Shown: piece after piece, positions 25,314-35,814 of the stretch
How the letters are laid out: every line of letters starts with the position of its first letter
How positions within the stretch are numbered: position 1 is the stretch's first letter
Assembly: GCA_051313645.2 (NCBI GenBank)
Contig: JBNRSN020000006.1
Coordinates: 46,562,001-46,626,000, forward strand
Source of the DNA: Centroscyllium fabricii
Taxonomy: Eukaryota
DNA: 64,000 bases
Direction: 5' to 3'
Translations under genes and position numbers: made by a program
Notes under the pieces: generated by a model
What the model saw: only the letters and a program-made list of their open reading frames with translations
Database searches by the model: none
Told to the model about the DNA's origin: nothing

Positions 25314-27242
25314 TCTATTACGACTCTATAGTTCTTGCATCTCTCTGTAATCTCGCTGCAAATTTGCTCCTCCATATTGTTCACATTAGCTGGTGGCCTG
25401 TAGAATACACCTGGTCGTGTAATGGTACCTCTATTATTTCTTAACTCTAGTCATATAGATTCTGTCCTTGACCCCTCCAGGCCATCCTCTCTCTCCGGCA
25501 CTGTAACATTCTCCTTCACCAATACTGCCACCCCACCTCCTATCTTTCCTTCACACCTTATATCAAGGAATATTTAATACCCAATCCTGTCTGTTTTTGA
25601 GCCAGGTCTCATCATATTCCCATGTGGCTATTTGTGCCTGCAGCTCACTTACCTTGTTTACGATGCTTCGTGTGTTCACATACATACACTGTAAACCCAT
25701 CTCAGATCATCCTGTATTTTCTCTTAGTTGGACCCCACCTAATACCTTACTATTTCTCACTTTAGTGCTCGCTGCCTCTCCCAATCCTTTGCGCACTTTA
25801 TTTCCCCTTTCTATTGTTACATCCTGGTGCCCAACCCCCTGCCAAATTAGTTTAAACCCTCCCGAACAGCACGAGCAAACCCCCACGTGAGGATATTGGT
25901 TCTGGCCCTGTTGTAACCCGTCTGGCCTCTACAGGTCCCACCTTCCCCAGAAGCGGTCCCAATGCCCCAGGAATCTGAAGCCCTCCCTCCTGCACCATCT
26001 CTCCAGCCACGCATTCATCTGCTCTATCCTTCTATTTCTATACTCACTTGAGCGTGGTACTGGGAGTAATCCGTAGATTACTACCTTTGAGGTTCTGCTT
26101 ATTAATCTCTTTCATAGCTCCCTAAAATCTGCCTGCAGGACCTCATCCCTCTTTCTGCCTATGTTGTTGGTACCAATATAGACCACGACCTCTGGCTGTT
26201 CACCCTCCCCCCCTCAGAATGTTCTGCAGCCGCTCAGCATTTGACCCTGGCACCAGGCAGGTAACATACCATCCTGGAGTCACGTCTGTGGCCGCAGAAA
26301 CGTCTGTCTGCTCCCCTAACTATCGAATCCCCTATCACTATTGCTTTCCCTATCTTCCTCCTCCACCCCCCACCCCCACCCCCCATGTACAGCTGAGTCA
26401 CCCGTGGTGCCGTGGACTTGGCTCTGGCTGTACTCCACAGAGGAACCATCACCCTCACCAGTACACAGAACAGAATACTGGGTGAAGAGTGAGATACACT
26501 CAAGGGAATCCTGCACTACCTGCCTGGTCCTCCTTTTCTGTCTGGCAGTCACCCATTCCCTCTCTGCCTGTGCACTCCTTATCTGTGGGGTGACCACCTC
26601 CTGAAACGTGCTATCCACGTAGCTCTCAGCCTTGCGGACGCACTGTGATGCCAGCTGCTGCTCAAGTTCCAAAACCCAGAGCTCAAACTCCTCCAGCCGA
26701 TGACACGTCCTGCATAGGTGGTTGTCCAGGACATGGGAAGCATTGTGGATTTCCCACATGGCTTTGCGGAACACCTCCATTCAATCCGTAAGGGTGACCC
26801 TGAGCTTCCAGTCGCCTGTCACTTTAATTCTCTGCTCCACTCCCACTCTGACCTCTCCGTCCTCAGCCTCTTACACTGTTCCAATGAAGCTCGAGGAACA
26901 GCACCTCATCTTTTGATTAGGCACTTTACAGCCTTCTGGACTCAATATCAAGTTCAACAATTTCAGATCATAACCTCTGCCCCAATCATTTATTTTTTCT
27001 CTCTCACATGGCAGCTGTTGATGATTCCGCCATTGCCATTTACACTTCATCAAGTATTATCTTTTGTTTCTTAACTTGTCCCATTACCATCTCTTTGTGC
27101 CTTGCACCATCATCCCTTTTGTCTCTTAATCTCTCCTGCCTACAATCCTATCACAGACCTTCCCTTTTGTTCTTTCCTCCCCTCCCCCCTCTCCCTGCCC
27201 CTGCACTTGCTTAAAAACCTGTTCCATTTCCAGCTTTGTTCC

Positions 27243-27279
27243 AGTTCTGACGAAGGGTCATTGACCTGAAACGTTAACT
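27243..27279 (+). ncRNA. Minimal type I hammerhead ribozyme motif
   Basis: AGUU-CUGACGA-A-GGGUC-AUU-GACCU-GAAA-CG-UU-AACU. Confidence 0.72.
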
Positions 27280-27319
27280 CTGTTTCTCTCTGTACAGATG
27301 TTGCCTGACCTGCTGAGTA

Positions 27320-27627
27320 CAGGTAGAAAGTCCTGAATCTGGCAACCTCGGGACTGAGGCCGAGCCAGTTTTCAGGTTTTTCCGGACTTCGGAATGGGTT
27401 TCTGATGTCCAAAGCCCGGAAACGCCCGAGCCCAGGTTGCGATATTTCCGGACTTTGGGCATCAGAAACACATGCTGAGTCCGGAAATGCCTGGGCCCAG
27501 GTTCCGGTTTCTGGTAAGCCTCCCTCAGGGTGTCTGGATAATGGAACCCATTACGGATTCCTGACCCCTGCCACCAATCGTCCCGGAGTCCGGATTCCAG
27601 AACTCCGGATTTGGGACGCTCAACCTG
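27320..27627. mobile_element. TA-flanked MITE (Tc1/mariner-pogo/Tigger-like)
   Basis: TA|CAGGT...ACCTG|TA with imperfect TIRs; host sequence continues across it. Confidence 0.75.
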
Positions 27628-27779
27628 TATTTCCAGCATTTTCTGTTTTTATTTCAGATTTCCAGCATCCTCAGAATTTTGATTTTGAGCCAAAACCATC
27701 TTCCTTTGTGCTAAGCATGTCTCCAGCTAGTGGGGAGTTTTTCCCCTGATTCCCATTGACTTCAATTCTACTAGGGCTC

Positions 27780-28230
27780 CTTGATGCTGTCTTGATGTCA
27801 AGGGCAGTCACTCTGATCTCACCTCTGGAATTCAGCTCTGTTGTCCATGTTTGGACTAAGGCTGTAATGAGGCCTGGAACCAAATGATCCTGGTGGAACC
27901 CAAACTGTGCATCAGTGAGCAGGTTATTGGTGAGTAGGCAATAATTGGCCGGATTGGATTTATCCTGTTTTATGTGAACAGGACATACCTGGGCAATCTT
28001 CCACATTGTAGATGCCAGTGTTGCAGCTGCACTGGAACAGCTAGAGACGCGGCTAGTTCTGGAGCAGGAGTCTTCAGCACTATATGTTGTCGGGGCCCAT
28101 AAGCTTTGCTGTATTCAATGCACTCAGCCATTTCTTGACATCATGTGGTGTGAATCAAGTTGGCTGAAGACTGCCTTCTGTAATGGTGGAGGCCTCAGGA
28201 GGAGGCCGAGATGGATCATCCACTCGGCAA
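27780..28230 (-). mobile_element. Zenon-like CR1 internal RT fragment
   Basis: WKIAQVCPVH.KQDKSNPANY..QFGF..ALDIK. Confidence 0.65.
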
Positions 28231-31222
28231 TGCTGCTGTCCCGGATGATCCTACGGCAAGTGGTTTCGGCAGAGCTGAGTGAAGCCTAATAGTGCTTGAT
28301 ATGGTCCAGCCAGATCTGGTGATGGATGGCTGGACCAGATATGCTCAAGTCTACACTAATTGAACTTGTGAAGATGGGTCACATCGGGGGTCCAACTGGG
28401 ATGAGAGAGAGTAAAGGTTTTGCTGGGGACAAGGGCATCGAGGGAATGGTTGAGCAGATCGATGGGTGCAGAGGTAACATGGCAAATGGAATCGAATCAT
28501 AGAAACTTACAGCACAGAAGGAGGCCATTCGGCCTGTCACTCCCATGCTGGCTCTTTGAAAGTGCAGTCGTGCTTAGTCCCACATCCCCGCTTTTTGTCC
28601 GTATATAATGGAAGGCATAAGGTTAATCATTGGGATGCAGAAAGTGCCGTTGTAAGTGACTTGGGGAGAGTATTTTCCAGGGGCGGACGCAAAAGGCAAA
28701 AAATATCTCCACTGCCTCTACGTGAGATCAAATCGTTGTTCTTTTGAAGAACGGCCCTTGAGATCTGGGCCCCTACACTCCTCAGTCAAGGACAGTAATT
28801 GCTCCCACATCCTTGAAGGAATGGCCCCCTTCCACCATCAGGTCCTCACTCTGAGTGTCAGCGTTGGCTCAGTGGTAAAGTTCTCGCCTCTGGGTTAGAA
28901 GGTTCTCAAGCCCTGCTCCTGAAGCTTGAGCACATAATCTGGGCTGCCATTTTCATGCTGTACCGAGGGAGTGCTGCACTGCTGGAAGTGCTGTCTTTAG
29001 GATGAAATGTTAAAACAAGGCCACGTCTACCCTCTCAGTTGGATGTAACACCCAAAACAGATTAGCTGGTCATTTATTTAATTTCTGTTTGTGGGAGCTT
29101 GCTGTGCACAAATTGGCTGCCGTGTTTCCTACATTACAACCGTGACCACACTTCAAAAGTACTTCATTGGCTGTAAAGTGCTTTGGGATGCCCTGATGCT
29201 GTGAAAGGTGTTGTAATGTAACTGATACCGTATCAATGACCTCGGAGACGAGAAGTTACGAGGTGAACAAAAGGCTTTTATCAGCTAAAAGGTTGGGCAT
29301 GCACCAGCTAGTCGACTGCTCCCAGAATGAATGGGGGGAGGGAGACAGTCGCTTATATACCTGTTCTGGGAGGAGGAGTCACAGGCGGGGCTAGCATGGG
29401 CATGCCCAGGTAAGCAATACACAAAGAACTATATACATTATCACAGGCCGTTGGTTACACACACATATATATACAGAGTGGTTTACCACATTCACCCCTT
29501 GTTTAAAAACAAAGTCCGGTGGGGCGAATGCGAAGCAGTTCTTAGAGATCAAGCCTGTCGGGTGGCCTGGTCTGCCTCGTCGATCGGCGCACCGCTGGTG
29601 GTGGAGTCGGCGGGTGCACCGTTGGCAGTGGAGTCGGTAACAGCGAGGTCGGCGGGGGCGTTCGATCCGTCGTTTGGACCCTTGCGGTAACAATCAGGAG
29701 CGTGCTCTCCCATTCGTCATCCGGCTCGCGGGTGCGTAGACTAGGGGGCCATACTGTGCTGCCTGCAGGTGCTGGGTGGGCATATTGTGGCGCTGGAGCC
29801 TCGTAGTGAGCGGCGAACCGTGGTGCTGGTGCACTGAAGGTGGCGGTAGGCGGGGGGGGGGTGCGGGCTGATGGGTCGTACTGATCTCGAGGGCACCCGC
29901 GGGTGTCAGGTCCTTGATGGACACCGTATCCTCCCTCCCGTCAGGGTACGCCACGTAGGCGTACTGGGGGTTGGCGTGCAGGAAGTGGACCCGTTCGACC
30001 AGGGGGTCCGACTTATGGCCCCTCACGTGCTTCCGGAGCAGGACGGGTCCTGGGGACGATAGCCATGACGGCAGCGAGGTCCCGGAAGCCGACTTCCTAG
30101 GGAAGGCAAAAAGTCACTCGTGAGGGGTGGCGTTAGTGGCCGTACATAAAAGTGACCGAATGGAGTGGAGCGCTTCGGGGAGGACGTCCTGCCAGCGGGA
30201 GACTGGGAGGCCTTTAGACCGTAGGGCTAACAGGATGGCCTTCCAGATGGTGGTGCTCCCCCTCTCTACCTGTCCATTCCCCCGGGGGTTATAGATGGTA
30301 GTCCTGCTAGTAGCGATGCCCTTGGCTAGCAGAAACTGACGCAGCTCGTCACTCATAAAGGAGGCCCCCCGGTCGCTGTGGATGTAGTTGGGGTAGCCGA
30401 ACAGAGAGAAAATGCTGTGAAGTGCCCTGATGACTGGAGGAGGTCATGTCCGGGCAGGGGATGGCGAAGGGGAAACGCGAGTACTCGTCGATAACGTTTA
30501 AAAAGTACACGTTTCGGTTGGAAGAGGGGAGTGGCCCTTTAAAGTCAACGCTGAGTCGCTCAACGGGGCGGGTGGCCTTGATCAGGTGCACCCGGCTGGC
30601 CGAAAGAAGTGCGGCCTGCACTCCGCACAGACCTTGCAGTTTCTGGTCATGGTCTTGACCTCCTCGATGGAGTAGGGGAGGTTGCGGAACTTAATGAAAT
30701 GGACCAACCTGGTGACCCCCGGGTGGCAGAGGTCATTGTGCAGGGTTTGGAGACGGTCCACATGTGCGCTGGCACATGTACAGCGGGACAGGGCGTCTGG
30801 GGGCTCATTGAATTTCCCGGGCCGCTACAAGATATCGTAATTGAAAGCGGAGAGTTCGATTCTCCACCTCAATATCTTGTCGTTCTTGATTTTACCCCGT
30901 GTGGTAACCGTTGATATACAGTTATTTACCACCATAATATTGTGTCCAATATTATCTGTATGTGTAGCGCTCCGGTGCATGATGCAACTGTCCTGTGTTG
31001 CGACACTGTCGTGGGGCCAGGTCAGCCACACCTCTAACTCCTCCCTCAGGTGAGTGCCTTATAGGTGGGGACTGACCGGCCCCCATTAATTCTGTACCTG
31101 ATGTTCGATCGGAGCGTAGCTCCATTGTAAGCTAATAAAAGCCTTGAGTTAAGGTAACTACTCGTCTTTAGTTTTATTAGATTATTGACATTATGTCAAT
31201 TTTATTAGCTTAAAAATTTGAA

Positions 31223-32545
31223 ATGGAGAGCGGCGCTGTGAAACCCGAAAAGCTGGACATTAGTCCACAGGACCCAGCCGCCGCCAACACCTTCGAACAC
31301 CGGTTCGGCCTCCTGGAGGCCTACATGGACGCCGCCAAGGCTACAACCGAGGGGAACAAGTTACAAGTTCTCCGATCCAGAATCTCCAGCCGGGTATTCT
31401 CTTTCATCCGTGACGCCAAAACGTACCCCGATGCGGTGGCTAAACTGAAGAAATGCTACGAGCGCCCGGTCCACTCAGTCTACGCCAGACACGTGCTCGC
31501 GACCAGACCACAACTACCGAGTGAGTCAAATGAGCAGTTCGAGCAGGCGCTCCAAGCCCTGGTCCATGACTGTGGCTGCCAACCACGGACGGCAGAAGAA
31601 GAGGCGAACCTCCTCGTCCGGGACGTCTATGTAACGGGACTCAGGTCCGCAGAGGCCCGCCAGCGGCTGCTGGAAAAAGACTCTTTGACTTTGGAGGAGG
31701 CGATCTCTATCTCCAACTCCGTGGAGGGCGCACGCCGCAAACTGCAGGCATACGGCGGCCCAAACCCACAAGCTTACGATGCGTGGGCAGCCCCACAACG
31801 GGTCGAGACCCCTACGATGGCAGCGGCAGCTGCGAAACCGCCGGCGGAGAAAAGATGCTACTTCTGCGGCCAGGGACTACACCCACGGGTGAAATGCCCA
31901 GCAAAGACCGCGACCTGCGAGAGGTGCTCCAAGAAGGGACACTATGCCAAGGCCTGCAGATCAGCCCCGGCGTCCAGCTCCAGGTACAACAGCGCGGCCT
32001 GCGAAAGCTCTCAGGTAAGCTGCAACTGCAGCGCGACCCAGCGACGATCCGGGGGTAGAGTACAAGCACCCCCGTCTCCCACACTGAGGCGGCAGAGGCC
32101 GGCTGCACCCACGGCACGCCAAACTCAGCTACGGCCGGCCATGCGCGACCCCCCAACGCCAGCATCCCGCCCAGAGCGGCCCGCTGCGTGCGAATCACGG
32201 GCACCGCCAACCCAGCCACTGCGGCCCGCTGCATGCGAACCACGGGCACCGCCACCGCGTCTACAGCGGCCCGCCGCGTGCGAACCACGGGCGCCGGCAT
32301 CTTGTCCGCAGCGGCCCGCCATGTGCGACCCCCCGGCGCCGCCATGTGCGACCCCCCGGCGCCGCCATCTTGTCTTCAGCGACCAGCCATGTGCGACACT
32401 CCGGCGCCGCCATTTTGTCCCCAGAGGCCGGCCAGGTGCGAACCACGGGCGCCACCATCTTTTGTACGGCCCCGACCAGCGGAGGGCTCACACACACACA
32501 CACACACACTTCGGCCTCAGCCATCCCGAAAGTCGATCAGGCTAG
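31223..32545 (+). CDS. Gag of Gypsy B (frameshifted near its end)
   Basis: CYFCGQGLHPRVKC and CERCSKKGHYAKAC zinc knuckles. Confidence 0.85.
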   Translation: MESGAVKPEKLDISPQDPAAANTFEHRFGLLEAYMDAAKATTEGNKLQVLRSRISSRVFSFIRDAKTYPDAVAKLKKCYERPVHSVYARHVLATRPQLPSESNEQFEQALQALVHDCGCQPRTAEEEANLLVRDVYVTGLRSAEARQRLLEKDSLTLEEAISISNSVEGARRKLQAYGGPNPQAYDAWAAPQRVETPTMAAAAAKPPAEKRCYFCGQGLHPRVKCPAKTATCERCSKKGHYAKACRSAPASSSRYNSAACESSQVSCNCSATQRRSGGRVQAPPSPTLRRQRPAAPTARQTQLRPAMRDPPTPASRPERPAACESRAPPTQPLRPAACEPRAPPPRLQRPAACEPRAPASCPQRPAMCDPPAPPCATPRRRHLVFSDQPCATLRRRHFVPRGRPGANHGRHHLLYGPDQRRAHTHTHTHFGLSHPESRSG

Positions 32546-35175
32546 GCCTCACACCCTATCAAATTCCATGATGGGGATTAAAGTTAACGGCCATGTCACG
32601 AACTGCCTGTTCGACACCGGAAGCACAGAGAGCTTTATTCACCCCGATACAGCGCAGCGCTACGGACTGCAGATCCGGCCCACGCGCTACCAAGTCTCCC
32701 TTGCTTCACAGTCCCACACCGCGGACATCACCGGCTACTGCTCCGTCACGCTCACAGTTAAGGGCAGCGTGTACCGTCATTTTAAATTGTACATTCTGAA
32801 GCAGTTGTGCTCCCCAGTCTTACTCGGACTGCATTTCCAGTGCCACCTTAAGAGCCTGACAATGGAGTTCGGCGGGACCCTGCCCCCCCTCACCGTCAGT
32901 AGCTGGGACAATCCCTTCCCAAAGCGGAGCCCGGCCTGCGGCCTCTCCACCCTGAAAGTCGACCCCCCCTCACTGTTCGCCAACCTCGACCCCAACTGCG
33001 AACCCATTGCTACCAAGAGTCGGCGTTACAGTGCAGGGGATCGGACGTTTATCAGGTCGGAGGTCGGGCGTATGCTAAAGGAGGGGATAATTGAAGCCAG
33101 CACCAGCCCCTGGCAGGCCCAGGTTGTAGTGGTGAAGACTGGTGAGAAACACCGGATGGTTATCGATTATAGCCAGACCATTAACCACTACACCGGGCTC
33201 GACGCCTACCCCCTCCCCCGCATCTCGGAAATGGTTAACCAGATTGCCCAATACAAGGTGTTCTCCACAATCGACCTTAAGTCGGCGTATCACCAACTCC
33301 CGATCCGGAAAGCCGACCGCCCGTACACCGCCTTCGAGGCGAACGGTCGGCTCTACCATTTCCTCCGGGTCCCCTTCGGCGTGACCAACGGAGTGTCAGT
33401 GTTCCAACGGGAGATGGACCGCATGGTTGACCAAAACGGGTTGCAGGCCACCTTCCCCTACCTGGACAACGTGACTATCTGCAGCCATGACCAGCAGGAC
33501 CACGATGCCAACCTGGCCAAATTTCTCCACACAGCGAAACGGCTGGATCTCACGTACAACAAAGACAAGTGTGTCTTTAGTACAGATCGGCTCGCCATCC
33601 TCGGATACGTGGTGGAAAACGGGGTCCTCGGCCCCGACCCACAGCGTATGTGCCCCTTACAGGAACTGCCCCTTCCTCACAACCCCAAAGCCCTGAAGAG
33701 ATGTCTAGGATTTTTCTCTTATTGCGCGCAATGTGTTCCCCAATTCGCGGATAAGGCCTGACCGCTCCTCAAGGCTGCCGTCTTCCCCCTCTCGGCAGAA
33801 GCCCACACGGCGTTCGCCCGGATCAAGGAAGATATCATCAAGGCGACCATGCACGCCGTTGATGAGTCCATCCCTTTCCAGGTGGAGAGTGACGCTTCGG
33901 ACTTTGCCCATGCCGCCACCCTGAATCAGGCAGGCAGGCCCGTAGCGTTTTTCTCCCGCACCTTACAGGGACCCGAAATTTGCCACTCTGCAGTGGAAAA
34001 GGAGGCTCAGGCCATCGTGGAGGCCGTGCGCTACTGGCGTCATTACCTGGCCGGTAAGCGTTTTACCCTGCTCACCGACCAACGGTCGGTCGCGTTTATG
34101 TTTAACAATAAACAAAAGGGTAAAATCAAGAATGATAAGATCCTGCGGTGGCGGATCGAGCTCTCGACTTACGAGTGCGACATTCTTTACCAACCAGGCA
34201 AACTCAATGAATCCCCCGGACGCACTGTCCAGGGGAACGTGCGCCAGTGCCCAGCTAGACCGGCTGAAGGATCTCCACGATCGCCTCTGTCACCCGGGTG
34301 TCACCAGACTTGCCCACTTCGTAAAATCCCGTAGCCTCACTTACTCCATCACGGAGATCAAGTCTATGACCCGAGAGTGCCCTGTTTGCGCCGAGTGCAA
34401 ACCCCAATTTTTCAGGCCAGACACGGCGCATCTCATTAAGGCCACTCGCCCCTTTGAACGTCTAAGCGTGGACTTAAAAGGCCCCCTCCCCTCCACCGAC
34501 CGCAACTCGTACTTCCTCACGGTCGTAGACGAGTTCTCCCGCTTCCCCTTCGCCTTCACCTGCCCAGATATGACGAGCGCAATGGTGATCAAACACTTCA
34601 CCATGCTGTTCGCCATTTTTGGTCTCCCCAGCTACATCCATAGCGACCGGGGGGCGTCGTTCATGAGCGACGAACTGCACCAGTTTCTGCTCCAGAAAGG
34701 GGTTGCCTCGAGCAGAACGACCAGTTACAACCCCCGGGGGAACGGCCAGGTAGAAAGGGAGAATGGGATCATCTGGAAGGCGGTCACCCTGGCCCTGAAG
34801 TCCAGAGCCCTTCCAGTGTCCCATTGGCAGGCAGTCCTTCCTGATGCGCTGCACTCGATCCGCTCTCTGCTATGTACGGTCACCAACGCCACACCTCATG
34901 ACCTTATTTTTTCATTCCCCAGGAAGTCGACTTCGGGGACAGCCCTTCCACCGTGGCTCAAGACGCCGGGGCTGGTCTTGCTTAGGAAGCACGTCCGCGG
35001 CCATAAGACCGACCCCCTGGTGGACAAGGTGCAGCTGCTGCATGCCAACCCGCAGTACGCGTACGTACAGTTCCCGGACGGGCGCGAGGACACCGTCTCC
35101 ATCAAGGACCTAGCACCCGCCGGGAGCACCACAGCAGAGCCCCTGGTCGGGCAGCAGCCCGCCCAGCCACTATAG
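32510..35175 (+). pseudogene. Pol of Gypsy B (protease, RT, RNase H, integrase) with a stop at 33759 and a frameshift near 34215
   Basis: FDTGS; PFG; YLDN; ESDASD..EKEAQA..TDQ; HHCC; DDE core (SVD, HSDRG, NGQVER). Confidence 0.9.
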
Positions 35176-35814
35176 TTCGGCCACCTCCAGCCGCGACATA
35201 TCGACCACTGGCCGATACACGACCCACAACCCACCTGAGGCTGGCCGCCACTACCGCGTGGTCTAGAGCCCCAGCCATGGCCAGCCGAGGACCACGACTT
35301 GGATGGCTCGGGCTCACCGCCACCACCAGCACCCACAGTACCGACACCGGCGCCGCCTTCACCACCATCGGCCCCAACGTCGCCAGTGCTACAGGAACCG
35401 GAACAATTGACAGAGACCCGGCGGTCCACCAGACAGACGCGACCGCCGGACAAACTAATCATGAACTGCTCTGTCCATTCACCCCGCCGGACTTGATTTT
35501 TTAAGAAGGGGTGAATGTGGTAACCGTTGATATACAGTTATTTACCACCATAATATTGTGTCCAATATTATCTGTATGTGTAGCGCTCGGGTGCATGATG
35601 CAACTGTCCTGTGTTGCGACACTGTCGTGGGGCCAGGTCAGCCACACCTCTAACTCCTCCCTCAGGTGAGTGCCTTATAGGTTGGGACTGACCGGCCCCC
35701 ATTCATTCTGTACCTGATGTTCGATCGGAGCATAGCTCCATTGTAAGCTAATAAAAGCCTTGAGTTAAGGTAACTACTCGTCTTTAGTTTTATTAGATTA
35801 TTGACGATACGTCA

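Larger units (their letters stand above)
21893..26725 (-). mobile_element. Nearly full-length degraded CR1 with ORF1 (SGNH esterase-like) and ORF2
   Basis: ORF1 remnant AIVIGDSIVRG..FCG..RDSRMVCYLPGARV (26234-26350); endonuclease GDFN/SDH; RT DFQKAF, GVPQG, FADD; (CTATGATT)n tail. Confidence 0.88.
26758..27690 (+). mobile_element. Penelope-like element 3' part (GIY-YIG C-terminus and pseudo-LTR), interrupted by a MITE
   Basis: FAEHLHSIR..DPELPVACHFNS..HS.SDLSV..LEEQHLIF; hammerhead at 27243. Confidence 0.8.
30900..35814 (+). mobile_element. Gypsy LTR retrotransposon B, full-length, nested in A (YLDN RT; no tRNA PBS)
   Basis: 299-bp LTRs at 30900-31198 and 35516-35814; PPT AAGAAGGGGTGAA; gag, protease, RT, RNase H, integrase in order. 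Confidence 0.95.

Noticed and set aside
30900-35814. Endogenous retrovirus or currently active element
   Set aside because: No env ORF, Gypsy-type proteins, and pol has a stop codon and frameshifts.
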